A DNA stretch of 63,804 nt, filler included, from Octopus bimaculoides (taxonomy: Eukaryota): NCBI RefSeq assembly GCF_001194135.2. It is 6 parts of 5 records of this genome, joined end to end, with 100 filler letters (N's around TTAATTAATTAA, not from the genome) between each part and the next. Parts side by side here need not be neighbours in the genome. Positions count along the whole stretch, not along the records: positions 31,738 to 50,490 come from NC_069000.1; positions 50,591 to 58,254 come from NC_068981.1; 4 more parts are not named here. One strand, 5' to 3'. Position 1 is the first letter of the stretch, and every line of letters begins with the position of its first letter. The position numbers and the translations under genes were made by a program. Below are positions 42,201 through 54,239 of this stretch, piece by piece. The notes beneath the pieces are model-generated. The model did not search any database. It saw only the letters and a program-made list of their open reading frames with translations, and was not told the origin of the DNA.

Positions 42201-44639
42201 AAGTGGCTGTGAAGAAGAAGGTACAAACCAGAAGATTCAAGAGTTGCATCGCTTGTGATAGAGACTACTTCGAGTTCTATCGTTAATATCGAATAATCAT
42301 TAGTATTGGTGTTTCGCCTAAAGTACGATTAATTTAAGCAGTTCTATGATAGAAGTCATTCCTGTAACGAACATCGCTTTCCTTTCATTCAAGTATCTCG
42401 TAGCTATTCTAGATTATCCAATGTAATCTTAAGTATCATTTTGAAGAGAATAAGGTGTGATTGAAATGATGTTTGGTTGCTACTTCTAACAGATCAAGCG
42501 ACTACGCAAAGACTTCCTTCCCGTAGTTGACTTTGTTGCTGTTATGTAATCGTAGTTCTGTTGAGAGTGATAAAAGTGGGTGGGAGTGCTGTTGGTGATG
42601 ACAGCGAAGGAAGTGGGCGGAAATATATTTAGCCAGTATTCAACACCACTAACACGATAGCTAAATTTTGTTATTAACCCTAAAGTCCACTCAAAATAGA
42701 AGAATAACTACTAACATCAGCATAGAAACGATAAATGAAGAAAGAGAAATAATAAATTAACCAAAAAAAACAAAAAACAACAACAAAAAAGCGAAAAGAA
42801 AAAAATCATTGGCGGCAGACGATCTTTGGCAAAGCTTTTATTCGTGTTTATTTGTTTATTTTTCTGCTGTTTCTGTTTTTAACAAGTTGTAATTTTTTTT
42901 TTCAAAAAAAAAAAAAAAAAAAGTAAAATTAGAAATATAGGTAAACTCGCCTTCAAAAGCTTGTATCTAGTTCTGCCATAAAGTAGCGAATGTTGTTATT
43001 TTTATTTTCTTCTTAAGGCCTATAAACAACTTTTTTCTTGAAGCTAGCAATAACTTCAAGTCATAAAACTGCATAGGTTTTAAGTTCTTGCAAAAATCAT
43101 TACACACACACACACACACACNNNNNNNNNNNNNNNNNNNNNNNNNNNNNNNNNNNNNNNNNNNNNNNNNNNNNNNNNNNNNNNNNNNNNNNNNNNNNNN
43201 NNNNNNNNNNNNNNNNNNNNNNNNNNNNNNNNNNNNNNNNNNNNNNNNNNNNNNNNNNNNNNNNNNNNNNNNNNNNNNNNNNNNNNNNNNNNNNNNNNNN
43301 CGCGCGCGCGCGCGCACACACACACACACACACGTGCACACACACACATACATACATATACACACCTATCCTCTTTTCGATTTGGTTTATTTCGTTATTT
43401 ACTAACATAATCTTTTAAGATTTGCTGGGCCTGACTATAAAACATGATCTTTTTTTGTTTCTTTGTCGACAATCATTAAATCAAAGCTCGTGGTCTTTAA
43501 AAAAAAGGGGGGATCAGTTAGAAATCGTAAATTTCTTGTTGAGTGTTAGTTTGGTGGTGTTGGTGGGGGTGGGGTGGCACGGGTGTTAACAGTGAATGTG
43601 ATTCATGTTTACACCCACATTTCGTCACACTCGGAACCATTTATCTTTTAGGGGTCTCATTGCAAAAGACTAATCTACTGTTGTTGTTGTAGTTTGTTTG
43701 TTTGTTTGGTTGGTTTCTTTGTTTGTCTATCTCCCGACTTGTTACCAGATTAATCTGGTAGTGTTCCCTCAACACCACAACTCTACAGCTTGCCTCGTGC
43801 AAACTTTCAAGTTAGGAGCTATTCAAAGGTTTTGTGTGTGATATTTCCGCCGTGTTACTCTCTTTTTCTCCACTCATTCTCTTTACCTTCCTCTCACTCT
43901 CTCTCTCCTCTCTCTCTTCCTTTCTCTCTTTTTTTTTCTTTCTCCGTCCACTCTCTTCCTTTCTTGTTCTGTCTCTTTAGCGCCATTTTATTTTATTGCG
44001 TCGGCTTGGAAAGCTATAATTAAATGTGTGTCTTTCTCTTTAAAATTCCACTTTATTGCTATATCAAAAGGTCTTTAACAATATCTCCTATTTACCAAAA
44101 GAAACAATGAAACGAAAAAGAAAGAAAAACCACAGAACAGGATACCTTTGTCTCCCTTTTCAACATTATTTAGAAATACTTTTCAAAACCTGATTTTCTA
44201 ATAACTATCTTCCTTTTCAGATAACTTACTAAAGCGTTGTCTTCACTCTTTCAATATGAAATAGTTTTCATGTACTATTTTGACTTGACTTTAGCTTCCG
44301 TGTTGTATATACTTAAGGTTCATGAACTAATGACCTACAGATTGAAGGTTCGTACCTGGCAACGGATTCGTATTGTGTGTAACAGATCAAATTTTGTCTT
44401 ATACTAGAAAATACTTTTTAACGTTAAAACACACACACGCACACACACATGACAACAACATCAACAACAATTGACGCTTATGTTCTTTGTGCAACAGACC
44501 AATGTGCTGAGCCTCCATGTCTGCTGGATGAAAGGGAGGAAGAAACAATAGTTCATGGGTTGCAATAGACTGGAAGCCAAACCCAAATTATTTCATCAGG
44601 GTATACTCCACTAAAGGAATCCGAGGACATCTGAATGCT

Positions 44640-45333
44640 ATTATTCTAAATGTATGCAGGAAGCTTTTGCAATCAATCAATACAATTGATATTGGATCCC
44701 AACGGGGCCTTGAATTACCCTACTGAGTTTCTTAGCTCTTTGGATTCTCCTGGAATGTCTTCTCACAAACTGACATTGAAGAAAAGAGTTTCAATCATGC
44801 TTTTGAGAAATCTAGATCCTCCAAGACTGTGCAATCGAACAAGACTGATTGTCAGGCAAATGCATTCACATCTTTTGGAAACAACAATCCTCACTGGACA
44901 AGGAAAGGGAGAATATGTGCTTATTCCAAGTATTACACTGATTCCAGCAGATATGCTATTTGGTTTCAAGAAACTTCAATTTCTAGTAAGTGTTAGTTTT
45001 GCGATGTCAAAGAGTCAAGAGTCAAGAAGAGTCATTGAAAATATTTGAACTTCACCTCATGCAGCAGAGCTTTCCCCATGGACAGCTCTATGTTGGTTGT
45101 TTCAGAGCTGGAAATAGCAATAATCTCTTTATACTTACACCAAATGATAAAACAAAGAATGTTGTTTATCATGTTGTTTTACTGTGATCTCAAAATGACA
45201 CAGTGATGCAAAATTCCTCAAATGTGATAGTCTGTGATATAAATCTGGTAGGGTACCAATAAATGCTTTATTATTATTGCTCTCTCGCAAGAGTAAACTC
45301 AAAAGTCAGCACGGAATGCGACTTTCAAGCTAG
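44640..45333 (+). mobile_element. Helitron 3' portion: Pif1-like helicase C-terminus with 3' hairpin and CTAG end
   Basis: NYPTEFLSSL...HKLTLK...IMLLRNLDPPRLCNRTRL...KLQF...FAM...PHGQLYVG...KTKNVVY. Hairpin AAAGTC-A-GCA(CGGAA)TGC-GACTTT at 45302-45325; CTAG|T at 45330-45334. Confidence 0.92.
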
Positions 45334-45357
45334 TGTGTGCGTGTATATCTATATCTA

Positions 45358-45404
<47 letters not shown>

Positions 45405-45424
45405 ATATATATATATATATATAT

Positions 45425-45473
<49 letters not shown>

Positions 45474-46112
45474 CATACACATTAATCTAATCCTTTCCAG
45501 TGTTATTTGAATTAACACGAAAAATATTTTTACGATAGTGTTTTATGTCTTTTTTGTAGTTCTATTCTTACTCTACAACTTTTATTCATTGTGCTTGAAA
45601 TTTGAATAAGTGTTACCTCTTTTACAGACGTATGACTACAGGGTGCCAAACAGTAAACATAAAAGCGAACGAATTTATCTGACAACCCAATATGTGGATT
45701 TGAAGTTCTCCCTTGTTTCTGCTATTATATAAGAAGATTTGTTCTGATCCAAATCCAATTTTATATTCCATGAGAATGCCGTAACCAGGTCAAGGCCCTT
45801 CAAAGTATTCCTATTCTTAGACATATATTTTTAGATCATCCACAGAGAACCTACATACATATACTTGAACTTGCATTCACCCGGGGTGGGTTGAGCCGGG
45901 TGCGACCAACGCGTTTACCACGTCACTCACGAATGTTGACTACATCCGGTGGTCGACCCCAATGTTCCAGCAGGCAAAGTAATGCTTCTACCTGGAGTCC
46001 ACGAATCCAGCTTGCAAATTTGACAAATGCCCCACTGAGAGAACAAGCGCAGTGGATATTGCTGATGTCATTTATAGTCGTCATTCGTTGTTGAGGTGTG
46101 GAGTTCGTGTTC

Positions 46113-46610
46113 CGAGCTTCAGAGGGATACAAGTTCACATATGGTCCTTGGTTACATGCAAACATATTTTGGGATAGTGTGATCCGTAGCAGCTAATCTT
46201 TTGCCATCGAATGTCGACTGTCGCAGAGGACTTGCTGAGCAGGTCATCACCGATTTATCGGAACAGACGTAGCTTGTGCTTGAAGCGGTTGGTACTCATA
46301 ATAGTTAACCCACAGCTGAAACTCTGACATGTGCCACTACTGGTCAGGGAAGACCTGCGAACAAGACTACTACCTCGGGTCAGAGAAGACCTAAGAGGTG
46401 GTTGCACTCTCCTCAAAACTCTGGAACTCTCGTACCAAAGCCCCACTACCGGATGTAGTATGTTCCGATAATCGACGGTGACTTGTTTAGCGAATCCTCT
46501 GCGACTGTCGCCAGCGACGGCAAAACATGCTGCTACGGTTCGTATAATCTTAAAGTATGTCTGCATATAACCGGAGAGCACATGTGAACTTGTATTCCCA
46601 CCGAAGCTCG
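46113..46610. repeat. Diverged long inverted repeat (arms 46113-46265 and 46461-46610)
   Basis: Manual alignment, e.g. ATACAAGTTCACAT, CCGTAGCAGC, GTCGCAGAGGA and ATCGGAACA shared in opposite orientation; roughly 70-75% identity. Confidence 0.8.
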
Positions 46611-46955
46611 TAGGGAACCTATATAGTATAAGTTGGTGTTTCTGATTCCGTGTAAGCCAAATATGTAGTCTTCAGATTTCCTCAACAAAAAGGACGTGGG
46701 GTTTACTGCATGTAACCAGTATTAAACGGGGACAGTATTCATGAAATAGACCTCTGCTTTGCTACATCCTATCTAAGACAATACAATCATTTCCTATATT
46801 TAATTTCAAGTTAGTGCTCGAGTAGGAAGCCAGGTTATCTACGGCCCTGATTAGGGTTTTGAAACTTAAGTAAGTCGATGATTTCTTCCCCTCGTGGTTG
46901 AGTTGGGAACAGAATAGGAATTCTTGTAATACAGTCACACTAAGTTCTTCCTGTG

Positions 46956-46997
<42 letters not shown>

Positions 46998-47213
46998 NNN
47001 NNNNNNNNNNNNNNNNNNNNNNNNNNNNNNNNNNNNNNNNNNNNNNNNNNNNNNNNNNNNNNNNNNNNNNNNNNNNNNNNNNNNNNNNNNNNNNNNNNNN
47101 NNNNNNNNNNNNNNNNNNNNNNNNNNNNNNNNNNNNNNNNNNNNNNNNNNNNNNNNNNNNNNNNNNNNNNNNNNNNNNNNNNNNNNNNNNNNNNNNNNNN
47201 NNNNNNNNNNNNN

Positions 47214-48051
47214 TATATATTCATAAATATATATATATGTGTATATGTATATGTATATACATACACACACATATATACTTACATGCATACATACAAATAC
47301 ACACATGAATATATGTATGTATGAATGTATGTATGTATGTATGTATGTATGTATGTATGTATGTATATGTGCGTGTGTGCGTGTGTATGCATATCTGAAA
47401 GTACGTATGTATATATGTGTGTGTATCTATGATAATGTAAATGCGCGTGTATGCGTGTGTATGCACATCTGAAAGTATGTATGTATATATATATGTGTGT
47501 GTGTATCTCTGATCGTAGGCATAGCTCCCTAAATATGGGGCTTAGATGACTTGCTATTCACTTTATGAGAGTGAATAGGAAACAAAGCTATCAAGGAGAA
47601 TCATTAAATAATCGGCAACTACAACGAGAATGACATTTATTGAGTTTTCACTCACCGAATTGAAATATCTTGTGGTATCTCAGCTATTTCAGAGACATCT
47701 ATTTCCTCTACTTCTATCAAATAAGGACACTTGGTAATGTATGTATGTATGTATGTGTGTGTGTATGTATGTATGTATGTGTGCGTATGTGTGCGTGTGT
47801 ATGAATGTATGTATGTGTGTATGTGCGCGTGTGTATGTATGTATGTTTGTTTGTGTATAATGTATGTATGCTGTGTGTATGTATGTGTGTATGTATATAT
47901 ATATGTGTGTGTGTGTGCGTGCGTGTGTATGAATGTATGTATGTATGTATGTATATATGTATGTATGTGTGTATAAATGTATGTAAGAATGTACGTGTAT
48001 GTATGTATTTATGTGTGTGTCTATGTACGTACGTAGGTATGTGTGCATATG

Positions 48052-48116
<65 letters not shown>

Positions 48117-48310
48117 ATGTATGTTTTGATGAGTGCGTGTGTACGTACGTAGATATGTGTGCGTATGTATATGTGTGTATATACGTATGTATATAACTAT
48201 ATTTGTATGTATGTGTGTATGTATGCAATCATGCATGCATGTATGCATATGAGTATGTATATGTGCGTATGTATGTGTATGTATGTACATGTGTATGAAA
48301 ATGTGTGTAT
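47214..48310. repeat. Low-complexity TA/CA/TG/GTAT microsatellite fields
   Basis: Read directly; source of the MYVC-type ORFs. Includes a unique-looking interval at ~47510-47730. Confidence 0.85.
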
Positions 48311-48589
48311 GTTGTTATTCTTGTTTGTTATATTTGGAGGTGGCTTTATTCTAATTGTTTTTTCTTCCTTTCTTCCTTTTCCCTTTGGGCAGCATTCAAG
48401 CCGCTCACTAATAACGTAGCACGGCGCTTTTGTTTACGTCAAGCCGTCTCTTGGTGTTTGTACATATTTGAATTGCTTGATGCACGCATACATGTGTGCG
48501 TGTGGATAAGCTTGTACTCGTCAATGTACGTGTCACAATACCATACAAATATGTATGTTTAATTACTGCTTATGTATGTGCGTTAATAT

Positions 48590-48918
48590 GTATTCCATAT
48601 ATTTTTATCATTTATGCGCCCTTTCAAAGCCTTGCCAGGCTCATGGGCCCGGTTTCACGGTTTCTATGGCGTATATGTTCCCCACCAGCTGGACGGGACG
48701 CCAGTCTATCGCAGCGTTACTCAAGAAACAGGAAGAAAGAGTGAGAGAAAGTTGGGGCGAAAGAGTAGAACAGCGATCGCCACCATCCCCTGCCGGAGCC
48801 TCGTGGGGCTTTTAGGTGTTTTCGCTCAATAAATACACAACGCCCGGTCTGGGAATCGAAACTGCGATACTCCGACAGCGAGTCTGCTGCCCTAACCACT
48901 GGGCCATTGCGCCTCCAC
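48590..48918 (-). mobile_element. tRNA(Arg-like)-derived SINE, apparently full length (third family)
   Basis: Head GGCGCAATGGCCCAGTGGTTAGGGCAGCAGACTCG...TTTCGATTCCCAGACC with A and B boxes. The tail is repeated identically at 48919-49011. Confidence 0.78.
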
Positions 48919-49557
48919 GTATTCCATATATTTTTATCATTTATGCGCCCTTTCAAAGCCTTGCCAGGCTCATGGGCCCGGTTTCACGGTTTCTATGGCG
49001 TATATGTTCCCNNNNNNNNNNNNNNNNNNNNNNNNNNNNNNNNNNNNNNNNNNNNNNNNNNNNNNNNNNNNNNNNNNNNNNNNNNNNNNNNNNNNNNNNN
49101 NNNNNNNNNNNNNNNNNNNNNNNNNNNNNNNNNNNNNNNNNNNNNNNNNNNNNNNNNNNNNNNNNNNNNNNNNNNNNNNNNNNNNNNNNNNNNNNNNNNN
49201 NNNNNNNNNNNNNNNNNNNNNNNNNNNNNNNNNNNNNNNNNNNNNNNNNNNNNNNNNNNNNNNNNTGATTCTCCTGTATTTTCTTTTGCCTAAAACCAAG
49301 AACTCCTCAGCACCCCTTCGTACTATAGTTTCTAATTAGTTTGTCATAGATTCTATGCTTTTCTCCAGTTTTTTTTAAGAGAAATTCGCATCCACAGAGT
49401 AGATGGTCTCTACAATGAAAAATTATTTTTGCTCTCTTTTCCATACAACTATATCAAACCTGTTGTTCTTAGACCGTGTTGCTGTTTTTATGGATATGTT
49501 CCACCGTCATTCCAAGTAGGATTCGGCTTCTTGCCATACCCCCCCCCCGGAAAGAGT

Positions 49558-49810
49558 CGGAAGTGGTTGTGGGGAATTTTTGTGACTTCAACAGCCCTAA
49601 TTTCTGATTCCCCCGATTGTAATCTCATGGATTACTCTATGTGGCGCGGTTGAGAAAGACACCAACCGCTTTGCCTGCAACACCAAGGCCGAGCTGGGTG
49701 GAGGGGATAAATTATGGAGGTGTTCGTATATCTTCTCAAGGACACAGTAAGGAACGTGCGAGACAGGTTCCGAAGTCGTCTTGAGGTCACAGGACGTCAA
49801 CTCTGAGTAA
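49558..49810 (+). mobile_element. Tc1/mariner (DD37D/maT-like) transposase C-terminal remnant
   Basis: SPDCNLMDYSMW...VEKDTNRFACNTKAEL...DTVRNVRDRFRSRLE. Confidence 0.75.
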
Positions 49811-50049
49811 ATTGTTATCCCCCAGCTATAATCTAGTTATAATCCCCCAGCTATAATCTAGCTTATTCTCTTGATTTTTTAAAATACTTTTTACATTTCA
49901 TTTTGAAATTTTCTTCAGAATTCTGTCGTTTAAACATTGGAGATTATAATTCTGTAAATAAAATGCTTTTCAACATCAGTTTTTTTCTCCTTTTCCCTTT
50001 CTAATATGAGATATTGGAGATTACGATTTTGCCAGAGAAAATTGATGTT

Positions 50050-50255
50050 AGCAGTTTAAGGTTAGGTATTCCAGTTAAAGCTAGGATTTAGGAATAGGGT
50101 TAGGGTTTAGAGTTAAAATTAAGATTTGAGGTTATAGTTAGCGTTTATAATTAGGGATAGGAATAGTGCTTAGCATTAGTGTTTAGTGTAGTGGTCAAGG
50201 GGTTAGTGTTCGGGTTAGATTTAGCTCTAAACCCCTAGAATTAGGGTTTAAAGTT
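50050..50255 (+). repeat. Degenerate TTAGGG-like hexamer array (interstitial)
   Basis: GGTTAGGGTTTAGAGTTAAAATTAAGATTTGAGGTTATAGTTAGCG...TTAGGG. Confidence 0.6.
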
Positions 50256-50590
50256 AAACAAAGAAGTCATAATGAAAAGAATGATTCCTTTTTCTTTCAG
50301 AAGTGAAATTGTTTGTTTAAATGGTAAAAAGAGTCTGGTAGAATAAGAACCAAGGCGGTGCTCCAGTATGGCCGCAGTCCAATGACTGAAATAAATAAAA
50401 GATACACGATAAAGACTATGTGTATGTATATATATATATATATAATTTTGGATTTTGTCCCTAATAATATTATTAATATATATATATATANNNNNNNNNN
50501 NNNNNNNNNNNNNNNNNNNNNNNNNNNNNNNNNNTTAATTAATTAANNNNNNNNNNNNNNNNNNNNNNNNNNNNNNNNNNNNNNNNNNNN

Positions 50591-50740
50591 TAAAAAATTT
50601 TTTGACTGAAACACAACTGGAACCCTAAGGAAGGCATGTGTAAAATTTGAATGAAATTGGTTGCGTAGTTCTCGAGTTTTAGGGATTCACACAGACAGAC
50701 AGACAGACAGACAGATATTCTCATTTTTATATATATAGAT
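50591..50740 (+). mobile_element. Non-autonomous Helitron-like (Lep1/DINE-type) 3' end
   Basis: AAATTTGAATGAAATTGGTTGCGTAGTTCTCGAG...(ACAG)n...TTTTTATATATATAGAT layout, typical of these elements. Confidence 0.6.
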
Positions 50741-51618
50741 TACTTAATATACATACGTACATGCATACATACATACATACATACATTCATACACACATAC
50801 ATACATACATATTCCAGCATGGCCGCAGTCAAATAACTGAAACAAATAAAAGAATAAAATAATATATGTACTATTTCCTTTTGTATACTTATAAAAGATG
50901 AAAAATACTGTTGTGGTTTGAACTAAGAAACGCAAAACGCAAGTTATTTTTTTGTTAGTATTTCAATCGCTTAGACCTTTAACTCTGCGATTCATACTTA
51001 ATCCCCAATGTTATCATCAACCACAAGATACAGGAAATAAACTATTCTAAGTATATCTTTCATTGATCAAGTTAAGTATTCAATGAAGGAAATAATACTT
51101 GAGAATTCCTGCAAAACTTTTGTTTGTATACAAATAGATAGTATAAATTTTGTTTGCATCAATCTTAATTGTGTTTGGTGTGATGTATACACATTTCCTC
51201 CCACTCTTAAACGTATTCAACAACTGAGAGTAGGATTGTCAAAATGTTTATAATGGATGAATTTATCTCATATGTTATATATCGGTGTCTACTTGACATG
51301 TTTATTAAAATGATTGATAGATTTCTTTCTAAGTTGAAATATTTCTTTATGTATCTTTCTTCTACAGCTTCACATTTGTTACATTAAAAATAACATTGCT
51401 GTAATTTAGAATAAATCGAATTTAATTCATGTAATAAAACCGATACTATTAACAAAACCATGTCAAGATAGGACCGAAGCTGTAACTGAAATTATTGGGT
51501 GCCTATCAGAAGATCAAATGTTACACGACCGAACTCCAGACAACCGAATATTAAAAGGCTGAAAATCAGAAAATCGAAAAGTTGAAGTTACGAAAACAAC
51601 ATTACCGAATATAGTAAC

Positions 51619-51775
51619 AATGGTTTCAAAGTTTGGCACGAGACCAGCAATTTTTGCATCGATCCAAGTGTTCAACTTGTATTTAGTTTATCGAACCCGA
51701 AAAGATGAAAGGCAAAGTCAACCTCGGCAGAATTTGAACTAAGAACGTGCTAACAAATCTGCCAGCTCGAAGCCT
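51619..51775 (-). mobile_element. SINE (12591 family)
   Basis: GATGAAAGGCAAAGTCAACCTCGGCAGAATTTGAACT is the reverse complement of the core. Confidence 0.78.
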
Positions 51776-51828
51776 TACCGAATGTAATAATATTGACAAA
51801 TTAAAACTCGGAACATTAAAAGATTTTA

Positions 51829-51872
<44 letters not shown>

Positions 51873-51883
51873 TAATAATAATG

Positions 51884-51956
<73 letters not shown>

Positions 51957-51967
51957 TAATAATAATG

Positions 51968-52025
<58 letters not shown>

Positions 52026-53181
52026 GGGATTTTGGAGCTAGATGACATTCTACACAGAGAAATGAAAGTCAAGGTCAGCGAGGCGTATAAAAAAAGGGTG
52101 AATATGGTGTTGAAATCCAACCTAAATGCCAAAAATTTGATAACCACACTGAATATCTGGGCAGTCGCGGTGGTCTGATATAGTGCGTCCATCCGCAAAC
52201 GGACTAAGGAGGAAATATCAAAACTGGATAGAAGGACGAGGAAAGCTGATGACGCTGCATGGGGTGCTACACCCTAAAGTAAACGTAACCCGACTGTATA
52301 TGAAAAGAAAGAATGGTGGCAGAGGACTAATTAGTATAGACCATTGTATAAGGAGTGAAAGGAGACCACTTGCCGAGTATTTGATAAATAGTGATGAAGA
52401 GCTGCTGCAATATGCCGCGAAAGATATGGGTGTAAACGCTTATGAAATGATGGGCAAGGAAGAGTTTAACCAAAGAGCTGAGGAGACGAGAAAAGAAGAC
52501 CTTGAAATGAGAATGCAGGACAGTTTGAAAAGAAATCACAAGACTTTAAGGATAATACAGCATCGTGGGCGTGGCTTGAGCGAGGTGATTGGAAGCGTAC
52601 CACCGAAAACCTGATCATTGCTGCACGAGACCAGGCTCTCACTACCAATTCAGTGAAGTATAACATCTATAATACTTCTGAAACCCAGAAATACAGACTC
52701 TGTGGAAAGAGTGTGGAAAATGTGAACCGCTTGGTTACTGAATGTGAGATCCTCGCACAAAAAGAATACAAGCGTCGCTACGATAAAGTGTGCGTATATC
52801 TTCATTGGCTTTTATGCCGTAAAAACCAATATGAAGTAACAGAGAACTGGTATGAGAATGTACCAAGTAAAGTTATGCAGAATGAGGGAAAAGTAACGAT
52901 ACTCTGGGACTATGATTTTCAGACGGAGGTAATGTAAAAGACTAGAGGGTAATGTAAATGTGATACCAGTGGTGATTGGAGCGTTGGGCTCAATCCTATT
53001 GAAACTTCAAACCTTCTTAAGGCAAATGGAAATCCCATGCAAGATTGATGTCTTGCAAAAAGCAGTCTTATTGGGCACAGCGCACATCTTAAGGAAAGTA
53101 TTATCTGCCTGAGGTCCTTGTTGTGACTTGACAGATGACGAAAGTTTCCGGCGCATTTTTTACTCACACTGTGTTACGAAG
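52026..53181 (+). mobile_element. 5'-truncated R4/Dong-like retrotransposon between long (AAT)n tracts
   Basis: GILELDDILHREMK...LHPKVNVTRLYMKRKNGGRGL...CRLCGKSVENV...RRYDKV...ILWDYDFQT (PD..D segment deleted)...VIGALG...ILRKVL. (AAT)n at 51829-52023 and 53183-53262. Confidence 0.92.
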
Positions 53182-53182
53182 A

Positions 53183-53265
<83 letters not shown>

Positions 53266-53498
53266 GAAGAAGAAGAAGAAGAAGAAGAAGAAAAGAATAA
53301 TAATAATAATAATATAGTATTACAGAGAATCCCGCAGCAAATAGTAAATAGCATGGACGTGTGACAGCGAGCTGCCGGGAAGATAGACGAAATGTAAAAC
53401 CATCACGAAGCAGGAACTAAGAATCTGTAAAAACAATGAAAGAAAACTATGATTTAATGTAAGCCATTTCAGGAAACCGAAGTATCTTTCTTATATGG

Positions 53499-53566
<68 letters not shown>

Positions 53567-54239
53567 GCTTCCCTTAGATGCCGCGCCACAGCAATACGTG
53601 CATGAAAATGTAAACACATGGACTGCAATGCAAGAACTGCAAATCTGTGAGTAAAATTTTAGTTAAATATGCAACCATATCTATGCAAGTCCTCTCTCTA
53701 TATATATACACACGTTGTTGTTTCTCCTAGGTATCTAGCTTATACATCAATAATAATTATAAATACGAAAGAAACATGAACACATGTTCATGCGCAGTGT
53801 TCTGTCAAAAAGTAAACGCTATAAAGATGAACTCATAACAAAACCGACAAAAAAAAAAATTAACAATGCACAGAGAACCATGAATGCTATGAAATGGTTG
53901 ATTTATGGTTTACACACACCACTATGCAACACTCCTCCCAAAACATACAGGCATAAACAGTGAATGCCCAATAAAATGAACAAAGCCCACAATATATGCC
54001 ACAGAAGTTCGATACCCAGCAGAACACAATCTACACAGCACAAACAACACACAATGCAAAAACTAATACAACAGAAGAATCAAATCAAACCAAACGCTAT
54101 AACAAAACATAGTAATGCAATACAATATTCCCCACAGTGGGGTGGAAATGAAGCACACACCTCACCAGCACAAAAGTGCAGTAAGTGATGCAATGGAAAG
54201 TTACTTGAAACTACCAGATGTCGAAAAATAATAGTGATG

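Noticed and set aside
46450-46500. Carboxylesterase-like YVPIIDGDLF
   Set aside because: Isolated short match, preceded by a stop, and antisense to the better-conserved frame of the inverted repeat.
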